This document shows positions 38,721 through 51,480 of a stretch of DNA of 64,000 bases, piece after piece. The number at the start of each line of letters is the position of its first letter. Positions within the stretch are counted from its first letter, which is position 1. The notes below the pieces were generated by a model that ran no database searches, had not been told where the DNA came from, and worked only from the letters and a program-made list of their open reading frames with translations. This stretch comes from Lama glama. Taxonomy: Eukaryota. The DNA lies in NCBI GenBank assembly GCA_028534125.1, contig CM052816.1, forward strand, positions 57,786,001-57,850,000. The letters are read 5' to 3'. Made by a program: the position numbers and the translations under genes.

Positions 38721-41700
38721 TTCTTGGACATATAGGTGAGATGCCGCCACAAAGGTATTTATGAGAAATAGTAAGTCTCATCTCCTTTCTTACCTCTACA
38801 GCCTAGGAGAATTCTCAGCGTGAGCTAGAACTTTAGGGTGGCCTTAGTGAGTAGGCGAAAGGAACATTAAAACAGTCACCTGTGTTAACAAATAAATGAT
38901 AAAAGCAGTGAAACTAAACACTTGTCAGTCCCCCTGCAAGGTAATTCAATTCCAAAATGGATCCAGACCTCTAGAAAAATGATTAGAATACAAGTAAAAT
39001 CAGTGGAAAACCACTCTCTGTTGGGCTCTGCTACTTTTAGACGTGTTTGGAAGCAGAAGTTAGTCCTTTGATTCTGAGCAGCAGTGGAGGGTGCTGTAGT
39101 TCTCTTGCGATGGGTGGGTTTAGACTGAAGGGGCAGGATCAGCATGCACGTGCCTTGATGAGATCATGTGCCCAGTCAGTTCAGTATGGAGCATGCATTA
39201 GCCAGGAAATGGGGAACCAGGCCCTCTGGGTCTTATCGGCAGCAAGAGCAATTTTGATGAAAATTAAGTTGAGGCGGAAAAATTGGGTAAGTTCAAATTC
39301 CAGCTGGCAGCAGGAAAAGATTTTAGTATAAGGCATTAATTTTTAAAGTAAATCAGAAAGAAAACAAACAACTTCATTTATTTCTGCTAATACTGACGGA
39401 ACAGACTCTCTACTCAGCTTACTTGTCAGGTTTCCGTTTCTGAATAATTAACAAATTGCCCTTACGGGGTCCAAGTAGATGTTTTGGCCTTGGAGAAGCG
39501 AGGGCCTAAATTATTTTTTTAAAACCTGCTCTAGTAACAGAGACTCAGAATCTGAAAGATTATTAAACCTGAGAATGGCAACCATCTCTTTTCACCATCC
39601 CTGAGGAAGGAAGATGAAACAGGCTTATATTGAAATATGAGAAATTTATATTGAACTTTTGGAAGAATTGCCTGAGTGAGAATTTTTAAACAATAAAGCT
39701 CTCTTTAAGTTTCTGGGCAATGGATAATTCTGTGACCCAATTCATTGAAGGGGTGATTCATATTCAAGATCAACTCAAGGATCCTTACATAGCACTTGCC
39801 CAAAACGTGCCCGTCCCACCACACGGGTACCGGCTATCTTCCCCCTCCCTCCCAGCTCTCCCGGGTAGGAGCTGTCCTGCTGCTCTTGCTCACGAGTGTA
39901 CTCACCTCACTCTGAATTTCTCCTCCTACTAGAGTGGACTCTTTAGCTCTCAGCAGGCTCATGTTTGATTTCCACCAGAGCACTTTCACATTTGGATAAA
40001 TAAAAATCATTACTAGATTCTCATAACAACTGTGAGAGATAGCCAGAGGTTTAATCGATGAGGAATCTAAATTCACGGACATGGAATATGTGCGCTATCA
40101 GAAGATTCACTTTCTGACATCCAGTCCCATGTTCTCATCAATTTGGGGGAGCAATTAGTCCTAGTCCTAGATAAAAGAGACCTTAACTCTATAGGGCTCA
40201 AAGGGTTCGTGAAACCCTGGGCTTTGTAGTCAAGCAGCTTTGTTTGTGTTAAAATGCTGACTCTACTATTTAATTAGCGGCAAGAACTTGGGTAATTTGT
40301 TTACCCTTTGAATCTTCATTTTCTGCATGTATAATATGGCGAAATATTGTTCTAACAGTGTTATAAATCGACAAATGTAAGTATCTGGCATGGTACCAGC
40401 ATTCAGCTAAAATAAACTAAAACCCTACTGATCTAACTCTCTTCCATTTCTCACCACCAATCAATCCTTATTGATTTCCCCATGCTCCCTTCAACTCTAG
40501 GAAAAGCTACTGATGATCCATATAAAACTTCTCTCACATGCTCTCCTGTGTTTCTCTCCTACCTGATGCTGTGAACGACCTGGAATCCTATCAATTCTAC
40601 TTCTGTCCAGTCATGAATTGAGTGCACCTGCAGGCTCCTCTCAGAAGCAGGTATACACTTGGAGACCCAGAGCCGTCCTTATCCAGTGGGAAGCAGAAAA
40701 GACACAACACATACACGTCTGCTGGAAGACCAGGCTTCCTACTCTCTTTGGCTTACTGGCCCAAATGACTTGGACTTCTGGCCTCTGGACCTTTGCCACC
40801 TCCCAGATCTGCCTCATCCTGAGCGCTTTCCAGGCTGACCTGCAGTTTCTGCTTAGGGGCCTGGTTTTGGGACAGGGGCAGCAGCAGGCCATGACCAGGA
40901 GGGCTATCAGCATTCTTGGATTTCGATACACTGGTGCTATTCCTTCCCTGGTTTGTTTTGTTTTGTTTTGTTTTTGATGCTTCCTCTGCCTCACCACTGA
41001 TGCCTTATAAACTCATTTTTGGGTCCTCTTAGTTCTCTTTTCTTGTGCCATTCATCAGGTTATATCAGATCCATTACCAGGTTTTACAGATGCATTCTTA
41101 ACTGACAGCTTTGATGCTCACTCCCTCTCCAGGCTCATGGCCTTTGCAAACTACAAGATCCCTTTTAGGGTATTTTTCTAATATTTAGTCTCTCTTCTTC
41201 CAAACTCATCCCACTTGTTTTGCCCCTCCAGCTGCTTGGCTGTCACCCTCTCCATCTTTCTGGTTCCCTAGGCTCATCTTTCCCTCACATGAAAGCATTC
41301 TGAAAAGTAAATATGAGGTCAAATAGAAGGCATTCTTATCTCAGACTTCTCGCTGGACCTTGTTCTCCAGTGTTTACCATAAAGGCTTATCTAGTGCTTT
41401 TCTTGAAAGTCATCTGGGTACTGGTGTGGGAGTGACATTTGAGGATAATCACTATGGGCAGAACTGAAAACCACGGACGCTTGGAGTTATTCTAAGACTT
41501 GTTACAGATAAATAATCCTTTTCTTTTTCTTTTTTTTTTTTTGGGCCTATTTCATTTCAAATACTACTGGTATTAGCAAGTATTCATTGAACACTGATTA
41601 CATGCCAGGCACTGACTGTGCTGTGCTACTAACTACTTTATATGCATTATTCCTTCAATTCTCATAATGAAAGAATGGTACTATTAATACTGCTCTTTCA

Positions 41701-42732
41701 GATAAATGGAAAATGGGGCCCACAGAGGGTGAGTAACTTTGCCTAAGGACTCAGAGCTAGTAAGAGGTGCTTACAATTAACAGTTTACATTCTTTTATAC
41801 AGCACCCTCAGCAGAACTAATCCCCCAACAAAGAATGCCCTTTCACCTCCATCCCTCCAATCCCACAGCCCTGTCCTCCTTCAGAACACTGCTCAACAGT
41901 TTTCTCCCCTGGTCTCCTCCACTTGCTCCCGCTGGCCAGCCCTTCACTCCCTGTCCTGGAATACTACATTGGCTACAACTGGTTATCCCAGTTCATGTCA
42001 TGCTGGTGTTTACACATTTCTATTCTTTTGAAATAGATGTTTTCCTCATCTTGACCCCTTGATGCTTCAGGAGACTGTAAGTTCTTGGACATAAGGGGCT
42101 TTCTTTTCAATTCCCCACAACACAAATATTCAGCATACAAGCTGGGCCTCAACAGGGAGTGATTGAGTTGGGGATATGATGTCCTTAATGACAGAAGAGT
42201 CTCTAAGTCTTTTCATTGCTCCGAGAAGGCACACATGACTCACTGCTCACTATAGATGGACCACAGCAGGCTGGCAACATAGTAAGAATGAAGATAGCTA
42301 ACATTTATTGAGTGCTTACCACGTTAGACACTATTTTATGCACCACAGGTATCCTGACTCCATGAGTTAATTACCACGAAGAGGATGTAATCAGCACGCA
42401 GGCTTTTCTCAGGTCTCAGTGAAGAGACTGCAGAGTCTATCTCCTTTCCTTCTACATCAGCAGCCTTCTGCAGTTGTGTGTTATACCTATAGCATTTAGC
42501 CACCTCTTATAGCTGAGCATATCTACACTTCCTACCTATTTATAAACTCCTGGAAGCATGTGTTGATTCCTCTCACAGGGGCTATCCTGTAACTCACACA
42601 GTGATCAATAAATAAACAGACTGAATGAAGACCTTGGGAGATCGAGTCATCTGTTGTACACAGACAGAAAAATCTAGACATCATTTTATTACATTTTTGA
42701 GCCTCACTTTAAACCATAAAGAAGTCACTTAC

Positions 42733-42807
42733 ATTTAAATTAGTGCAGATTATACTTTCTGGCTTCATGATCTGAGAAAAAATGGATACAGCTTTTGCCA
42801 GCTGGTT
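42733..42807 (-). CDS. PTCD2: PTCD2 exon 8
   Basis: Acceptor ttcttccttctag; [25 protein letters not shown]; donor AAT|GTAAGT; 75 nt. Confidence 0.95.
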
Positions 42808-43699
42808 CTAGAAGGAAGAAAAACAACTCATGAACATTACTCTTTTCATAATGGTCGCTTAAAGATGTCAGGATATTCCAATTCATGGTGCCCCAGGGTT
42901 TTGAAGTCCACAAAGAAAAAGTTTTTTGGTAATCAAAAATGAACATTCTATAAATGTTTCCTACAGTGGCTTATTACTGAATGTTTTAACAACCTGCCTG
43001 AGTTCCAGTTTTTAAGATGGAGGCAAACCCATCTTCAACATCATTAGAACACCACAGAAACCTCAAACCACAGAATAGGTTTGCACTGCCAAAAACACTG
43101 GAGATGGAGCGTGGGAGAGTTCCAGGCAAAGCAGTAAGACAGTGCTGCAGATCTCAGAAAGAGTGCAGAGCAGTTCTCAGGGGCACAGCCTGAAGGACTA
43201 AATTCCTGTGTACAATGATGGTAACAGAGTTTAGGCCCAGGAATGAGGTCTTTGGTCCCTTTTGGTGGCAGAGGTGAGGCTAATCAAGACTTTGCACAGA
43301 TTAGCTGTATTTGCAGGAAACAGTATGTCACAGCAGCAGCAGCAGAGAAGAGACTTTTCATTGAAAATCACCTCCATGCCTATTCCCCTTGGCCAGGGAG
43401 AAGTAGAGTCTGTGCACACTTCTAGACAAAAACTCACACATAACAGAAATCCCTGCCAGCCTTGAACACAGCAGCATGGCTCTGGTCTCTCTCTGACAGG
43501 AATCTTCTGCAAATGGCTGATCAGAGAGAAACAATGTTTTCCCATGGTGAACAACCAAAAAAGAACCAGTACATGATCCACAGAAAGACATTATTAGGGG
43601 AAAAAAAAGAGGAAAAAGGACTATGACAAAACAAAACAAGAAAATAACTGGAAGATGATGAAGTCCCAATAGAAAAATGTTTCCATAGATATAAAGGTC

Positions 43700-44900
43700 A
43701 GAAATGAGAAAAATGAACGAGTCAGGCAAAAGTAGAAAAAATTAGGCAGGCCTCAGATTTCTCCATGGCAATATTCCATCCTGGAAGACAGAAGAGCAGT
43801 ACCTCAGAAAACCTCAGGTAAAGCAAATATCACCTCAAAATGTTGTATCTGGCCAACCGGTAGTTCAAGTGAAAAAAATAACAGGCAAATAATTTTAAAT
43901 ACCAAGAACTGGAAGGATACTGTTCCCTTGAAGAATTTACTAGAAGACAAACTTTAGTCAACAGAGATGACTGGAAAAACAAATAGCAAAGTAACTAGCA
44001 GTAAACAATGAACCTGTTTAGATACATATAAAACTAAAACAAATGTGGGGAAAATGGTTACAGAACGGAGCACAAATGTTACACACCCAGTGAAGAAATG
44101 ATAATACTATCAAAAGTTGGGAAGAGAAGGGGAGAAAGATAAGAGGTAGATAAGGTATGTCCATTTCCTTGTCTTTACTACCTGGGTCAAAAAAGTAACA
44201 TTGTCAACCAAAATTGCATGGTGGAGGAGGAAAATAAGAGGGGAAAAATAGGGAATACACTAATTTCACCATTACTTACAATAGGGAATTAATAGGTACT
44301 GCAAAGGAATTAGAGGACTGTGAAAATTAAAGTTACGGTTTTAAAGTAACCACTAGAGCAAAAATAGTAAAACAAAGAAAACTACCAAAGGTATAAGTTA
44401 CTTTAAAAGTTATAAAACAGAAAGCATAAATGAAATCTAAGATTAAATATATGTCAAGTTGACATAGATTGATAATATTAAAAGAAAGACTAGCAGTGTA
44501 TTACAAAGCAAAGTTCAGTCTATGCAGTGTACCACAGATGCACGTAAAACAAGTAACAAATCAGAAAGATTGCAAATTAAAGGATTAGAAAACCTAATGA
44601 AACCAAAAAGATAAACAAAAACAGAGGTGGAGTTATTAATACTAGACAAGGTTAAATTCAGAGCAAAAGCATTAAACAAGACCAAGAAAGGCACTTTATA
44701 ATGCTACAGTGAGAGACGCTTTAACAGGTACGGTACAACTGATTTATACATACATGCACCCAATATATATATGCACACCAAATGGTTTAACTTAAACACA
44801 CATAAAGGAAAAACTACAAGAGTTACAAAAAGAAACAGAAACATATTCCTGAGGAAAGCCTTTCACTTATCTCCCTCAGCCCATGACAGACTAAAGAGGA
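43700..44900 (+). mobile_element. Ancient L1 remnant: ORF1 C-terminus, spacer and ORF2 endonuclease start
   Basis: 43741-43875 resembles ORF1 'IRLASDFS...ARRQWS...PRILYPAKLSFK'. 44478-44770 resembles the endonuclease 'GVAILISDKVDFK..IKRDKEGHFIM'. Both have many disruptions. Confidence 0.65.
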
Positions 44901-45807
44901 CAAGGCAAGTCCCCGGCCACAGAGGGAAACTTTGGAAGTGAAGCTGCCAGAAGCTGGTAACTGTATCCTCTTAAGTTTTAGTCTTTCAATGACTTTCTCA
45001 GCAGTATATGCAAATGGATCACCCTGATATTTTCATTTCTAATGAATGATAAACAAGAGTTCTCCAATTACATTTTACCAGCCAGGTAAACAATCTGGCT
45101 TGGTTGTTATTTTTGCTGCCATAACGTCTCCTTTTACTACATATTAAGCATGTAAAGTATTTCATATGTTCTTAGGCTTAGAAGAGAACATCCTGGGAAG
45201 GGCTGTTCAAAACAGGAGGTGTTCCAAGGTCCCAGCTCTAACTGTCCTTTACTGAGATGTGATGGGAGGGAGGTCCTCTCTTCTCTTGGGCCTCAGCTGC
45301 CTCCATCTGTCCAGTGAGAGGAGGCTAAAAATCACTGAAGCCTCTTCTAAATAAGAGTATAATGGGTTAAATTGTGAACTATATGATGGACCCCACTTCT
45401 ACAATGGGCTGACCCAGGAGTCCTCATTCATGTGAGGTGAATTCAGCCTTGGAGAGCATTACACTCTTCTCTGAGCAGGTTATACAGTAAACCAATCATC
45501 TGAAATTTTCACTTTCATTGCTGGAAAAATTTCTCTGAGTGTAGCTTCCCTCACTGCTTCTCCACAGGATCCTGGCCAGCCCCGTGTAAACAGCAGTGCG
45601 GGTTAGGTCCCCAGCTGTAAATGGAAGCGTTCTTTGGAGACAGAGGTATAGGTCGTTGTAGGTTGCCATGGCACTAAAAGCACTGGTCTCTTAATGGGGA
45701 CTTTTTCTTTATGACAGAGTCAGATGGAAAAAATAAAAGCAAGAACAAATGAAAGTAGTAAAGTCCTTCCCACTCCACATTCACTTACGCGCACCCCAAA
45801 GCCTTAC

Positions 45808-45921
45808 CTGGTTCAGCGCTAGTGCCACTGCAAAACAGGACGCCCTCCTGGAGAGGACTACTCCTTTGATCAGGGCTGCTTCTCTTAATGTAGTACAGAT
45901 TTTAAAAGATTCAGGGCTATT
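45808..45921 (-). CDS. PTCD2: PTCD2 exon 7
   Basis: Acceptor tcttctcccag; [38 protein letters not shown]; donor CAG|GTAAGG; 114 nt. Confidence 0.96.
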
Positions 45922-46848
45922 CTGGGAGAAGACAAGATTGCTCAATAAATAAATGTCATGAAACTTCAAGTTCAATAAAGTGGTTAATAGTGCTCATTGT
46001 TTCAGATTTCCTTTTGGAAGAACTTCCTGGAGCCTATCTCAAGCCTCTTAAAAGATTAAGCTACATATGGTGACTGTCTGCAGAGAGACCAAGTTATCTA
46101 TATATTAGCAGCTCAAATCTAAATTAACTTCATTTTTAGCTCTTTGTTGATTTTCTGACTTGGGGCAGCTTTACCAGCAAGTATACAGGTCTCTTTATCC
46201 AGGTAGCTGATTCCAGACACAGGTCCTGTGATGTACAAGTGTGAAGAGTCAGCTTGCTGCTACCAGATTAAATAATAAGAGTAAAGCTCAGCAACACCAC
46301 AGAGCTTCCCCTGAGGCGATTTCCAATCTGAAAATGTCCATGTTAAGTCAGATACCTGAAAACATGAACACTAATTTGAATGCAAATACACAAACTAGCA
46401 GACAGCAGTGGTAAAACAGAATCCTCTCCCTTTGTCCCTGTTGTGGGTGGATTACACTTATGAGAGCAGCATCAGCTTTGCGTCTGTGTATCTGTCATGA
46501 TGTGTTTCACAACTCAAATCCTCAAGGAAAACCTGAATTTGATGAGAGGACAGTTCACAGAATTGGCTTGGAATTTGTAACAGCTGACCAATTCAAGTTT
46601 TCAATTCCAGTTTCCACTGAGTGAAACAAGTTATTCTTGGATACACACTTGGAGAAAAGTCCTCTGCCCTTCCTAAGTGGAGTTATATTTTCTTCACATC
46701 AGTATACACTCAGGGAGGCGTTTCTAAAAGGTCGGGAAACTGGGTATCATAATGCGGAAGAACGGATGCTCAAGGGTTGTGTGATTTGTTGGCCTTCTCT
46801 TTCACAGAATCATGAAGTGGCAGCATTGGAAAGGATCATCTAATAATC

Positions 46849-47043
46849 CAATGGTCAGCAGACCACAACCCTAGGACCAAATCCAGCCTGTGGCCAACCA
46901 TGTTCCTTATACCTTTAAAGGTTTGTAAAAATAAAAACAAAGAATATGTGACAGGGACCATAAATGGCAGAGACTGTATGTGGCCCCTGATGCCTAAAAT
47001 ATTTATAGTCTGGCTTTTCGTAGAAAAAGTTTGCTGGCTCCTG
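46849..47043. mobile_element. MER58B-like (hAT-Charlie)
   Basis: CCAAATCCAGCCTGTGGCC...CAGAGACTGTATGTGGCCC...CCTAAAATATTTATAGTCTGGC...AGAAAAAGTTTGCTG. Confidence 0.75.
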
Positions 47044-48093
47044 AATCCAAACACTTCATTTCACAAATGAGGTAAGCAACCACTTCAAAGCCAGTTAATG
47101 CTAAAAGTGGAGACTAGACTCCAAATTTCTTAATTTCCAGACTGGTATTCTTTCCACCATAACCCAACTGCCCTTCTTGTTTTAGAAAATTGGTATTGCT
47201 ACACTTTTCGGGGAAATTTTCAAGTGGCCCATGTTTTTACTTTGCTAGGTGTTCCTTCATTTTCAGCATCAAAAGATTTTATTAAGTTTCCAAAGTTAAA
47301 ATGGCATGAATGTGTATAGTTACTTACGGAACTTTGGTCATTGCACTGTTTTAGTGATCACTCATTCACTAAATAATAAGTAATGAAGAAACAGTTTCTA
47401 TGTGCAAAAGACAATCCTGATACAGTAATGAGATAGGGATTTATAAATGGTGCTCTCTACTCAAAGAATTCATTTTCATGTCACATACATTTATTAAAGA
47501 TCCGTTGTGCACCAGGCACAGGTAGGGGCTGGCTTATAAAGGTGCCTGAAGGGGTTTACCCTCTGGTGGGGAGGATGGATTATGCATCTACTTGGGACAA
47601 CATCAGGCAGAGCTACCAGTGCTAAGTATGTGAGCACAAATACAGTACAATCAAGGGATTCTGGAGGAGGGAGATATCACTTCCAACTCAGGTAATCACG
47701 GGAAAATTCACAGATGAGGACAAAGTAGCCCCTAAGTTCCCCACTGAAGGGTGGTAAGATTTCCATGGGAGAGGGCCACAGAGGATACTGGTCTGGGGAA
47801 GCCCAGTAGGAGCAAGAGGAATCATTCTAAAGCAGAGTTTGAACCCAGCATACCGTCTTGCTCTCATCATCAACACAACTGGAGAAGATTGAAAGATGAT
47901 AAAATTGCTTTTCCCATGATAAAACTGTCTGACATGGCTAACTTGGGTTTTCTAAAAATGAACATATTTAAAATGGAAATATCTGCACCAGATGGAACAC
48001 AGACTTCAGAGGAACTGAATTTTATTTGTAGAGAAAAAAAAAATCCTCTCTCAAACCCAAAATGCTCTAAAAGTTAAGGGAAGACAGTCTTAC

Positions 48094-48185
48094 CAGTTTG
48101 TAGCAAATTGCAAAAGCAAGGACATAGGTATCTTTGCTGAACTTCACATCTTGGTTTTCCATCTCTATCAGGACTTCCAGTGCAC
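48094..48185 (-). CDS. PTCD2: PTCD2 exon 6
   Basis: Acceptor cttttggcag; (S)[30 protein letters not shown]; donor CTG|GTAAGA; 92 nt. Confidence 0.96.
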
Positions 48186-48277
48186 CTGCCAAAAGCCAGG
48201 AGTGGGCCGGCAGTGTTAAATGCATTCAGGTAAGTTCAGAGTCCTCTACTGTTGATCCCACAGTTCAAATCTGTTCA

Positions 48278-48291
48278 GCACCATCTACTGA
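48278..48291 (-). promoter_or_regulatory. Candidate CTCF motif in PTCD2 intron 5
   Basis: TCAGTAGATGGTGC versus core consensus (two mismatches). Confidence 0.4.
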
Positions 48292-48596
48292 AAAGTGTAC
48301 TTCAGCACAATAAAAACTATCTGTCAAAGACACTTAGCAATTAACTAAATTTCATAATAAATCATCAGGTGTTACAGAAAGAACTAATAATTTAAAACTT
48401 GTAATTTCAGCATAAGTAAAACCTGGGGTGTTTAGTTAAAGGCATGACATGCGATACAGTGTTTTCACAGTTAAAGAATGAGGTCTCCATAATTTAGCCA
48501 CTCGTCAGGAATATAAGGATCATTTTGGCTCGGCCCTAACTTCTATACCAGCAGAGACAGCAGACTTTTTAAGCAAACATAAGGGGCAACACTTAC

Positions 48597-48675
48597 TTTT
48601 ATATTTGCCTTTGATAAATAACATATCCATCAAAATATTGAATGATGTGGAATCTGAGAAGAAACCTCGTAAATG
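48597..48675 (-). CDS. PTCD2: PTCD2 exon 5 (start of PPR motif)
   Basis: Acceptor ttttcttcattag; [26 protein letters not shown] (PPR-type SFNILMD helix); donor A|GTAAGT; 79 nt. Confidence 0.96.
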
Positions 48676-49749
48676 CTAATGAAGAAAAACAATACATTGT
48701 GGTTAAAAGTTAAGACTATTAAAGGAGTACTTATCCTTACAATACTGTAACTTACCTATCCAGGACTTATTTTTGTACATACTTTATTTGGCCTCCTGAT
48801 CTCTAATAAGTCTCTCTACCAAGGATTTATTTTTCAAAAAAAAAAATTCAAATGTCCACTCTCTTGGTGTCATGCCTTTGGTAATGAGCAGAGGGAACAA
48901 GAGGTAAGAGGTATGACAGGAGATCTTTGGGTTTTAGAAATGCAGTGAAGAGTATCTTCATGCAGTGTGGCTCCACTAAGCTTAGAAAGGAAACAGACAA
49001 ATGAACCCTAGTGGAGGTGGTCCTGGAACAGGCCTGGCACATATTAACGTGAAATGGCAGCTGTGATTATGCTTGAGGACTAGGGCAGGAGAGGCTACAC
49101 AACTATGATCCTCTTTAGGCAAACGAATAATACAGAGTTGATTTTTCACTTTTGGAAGCAATTCACTGAAAAAGAGGTTCTTAACATTTTTAATCCCATG
49201 ATAATGTGACACATGCTATTCAAATTATGCCATTAAATAGCTTGCTCAAATTTGTTCTTTTTTGAGAGCCTGTGAGGCACACCCTGTTCGAGGCGCTAAA
49301 GAGTAAAGAAATGATGAACAAGACAAAATCCCTGCCCTAAACTCTGGTAGGGCTTATAATCTAGGGGAGGAGCTAAATTCTGGCAGGGGAGACAATGAAC
49401 AAGTGAATACAATAAGCGAAAAATATATATAATTTCATGTATCAATAAGGGCTATGAAGAACAGTGAAATGGGATGAAGGGACAGAGAAGACGATGGAAG
49501 GCAGTCAAGGAAGGAGACCTCAATGAAGTGAAGGAGAAACTTCAGCGATGCAGGTGCAGAGCATTCCAGTCGGAGGCCACGGGCTTGGCGTGTCTGAGGA
49601 AGAACAAGAGGGTCCAGAGTGGAGGGAGAAAGGGTGAGAGGGGCAGGAGATGAAATACCCCAAGGGGCCTCTAGGGCGTGGTCTATTCCAAGTGTGAGTT
49701 CTATTCCAAGTGTGATGAGAAGCCACCAGAGTGGTCCTGTCTAGAGAGA

Positions 49750-50085
49750 TGCTGCAAGCCTCAAGTGTGAGCTATGTATGTGACTCTAAATTTTCAAGTA
49801 GCTTCATTAAAAAAGGAAAAAAGTAATATATGAAAATATATTTAGTAAAGAAAAAAACTTCAAAAAAAGGAAAAAGGAAATATATGAAATCAGTTTTAAT
49901 GTTACTTAACCCACTAAATCCAAAACGTAATTTCAACATGTAATCAATATAAAACATTCTCTTTTTATACCGGATATTTGAAATCCATCATGTACTTTAC
50001 ACTAATAGCACATGTAAATTTGAACATCACAGTCCAAGGGCTCCATGGGTACCCATGGCTAGTGGCCACTATACTGCAAGCACCA
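49750..50085. mobile_element. MER33-like (hAT-Charlie)
   Basis: TAAATTTTCAAGTAGCTTCATTAAAAAAG, ATTTCAACATGTAATCAATATAAAA, ATGGCTAGTGGCCACTATACTG. Confidence 0.7.
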
Positions 50086-51362
50086 CAGGGTTCTGGGCAG
50101 GGGACACACAAGTAAGGTGGAAGCAGGATCAGGCTGTATGTCTCGTGACTCTGATTCACTTTATTTTACTACCCCAGGAAACATGCATACATGACTGTTT
50201 CTTACTGAGGTAGGTTAAAAAAAACCCCAGAAACTTTACTTTCATTTTTTTTCTGTTTCTTTTTTTTATCATTATACTCACAGCTATGACTTATTACAGT
50301 GAAACTTTCATTTCCTTTTAATTACAACATTAATACATGCTTACTATAAAAGTCAAACAATACAAAAATGTATAAAGTAAAAAGTGAGAATTTCCTGTAG
50401 TCTACCCCCTAAAGATAAGCAGTAGCTTAATGTATATCCTTCCAGATTTTTAAAACATACATACTATAATGTAAATATGCATGTATATTTCTTCTTTTAG
50501 AAAAAAATAGGTTCCAAATAATCCATACTGCTCTGAAACCACCTTTTATCTTCTTACTAATAAATGATGGTCATCTTTCTAATACCCAGGTGTCCTTGAA
50601 AGAGGGGCAGGCTGGGCGTTAGTCCTACCATGGACACAACACTGTATACGAAAAAGAGTAAGAGGCAGAAGGACAACTTGATTATAGAGGTTCCTAAAAA
50701 CACCAAAATGTCCTGGGTGGCCAGCCTTGGCCTCAAAATCTAATAAAGATTTCTGACCATGGATGAATTTACAATGTCTCTGAGTCCCAGTTTCCTCACC
50801 TTGAAAATAACAGTGTCTACCTCACCAGGGCTCTTGTGGGAAGCAAACGAAATGAAACATGCATAGTGCTTAAACACAATGTTGAGGACATAGAAAATAT
50901 TCCATAAATAATTACAAAATACTTATTTTGTTTTTAGGAAAAGAAACTCAGAATATGGGAAAATCAGAAATTTTGAAAGCACAAGAGCACTTTACAATGT
51001 AACCTTCAACCAGAAGTAAAAACATGAAAACAGGAGAGAAGCACAGGTGAACAGGAAAGGCAGTCTTAAAATGGCAGCCTGCCTTCAACTCTCCCCTGCG
51101 AAAGCTCCTCAAGAGAAGGTGTCAGTCCCAGGTGGACACACATCCGAGGTAGGTAGATTCCTTGTGATCTGTGTGTATACATCTTCCACACCTGTTCTAC
51201 ACCTCTGTATAAAGAGACCTACACCTCCTTGTAGGCAGTGACTCCAAGGAAACCTTAATTAAAAATGCAGGCAGGAGCTCATGCCTTTCCTAACGTCACT
51301 GAAAACACCCCGTCCGCAGCATAAGGAAAACCCACTGGCAGGGAGCAATCGGGAGACAATAC

Positions 51363-51480
51363 CTGGTCTCTGATGAGCTCCACTGCAGATTCCTCAAGAT
51401 CCAGCTCGTAGCACAACCTCATGAAAAGTGGTCCAAATTTATACTCTCCCAAAGTGATATTCCTGTTCTCTGCATGGTAC
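51363..51480 (-). CDS. PTCD2: PTCD2 exon 4
   Basis: Acceptor tgattaccag; [39 protein letters not shown]; donor CAG|GTATTG; 118 nt. Confidence 0.96.

Noticed and set aside
48227..48235. Perfect donor CAGGTAAGT on the + strand next to PTCD2 exon 6
   Set aside because: A single 9-mer is near chance expectation, and there is no supporting antisense exon structure.
50043..50058. Perfect 16-bp palindrome CCATGGGTACCCATGG
   Set aside because: About one is expected by chance in 64 kb, and it lies within a MER33-like element.
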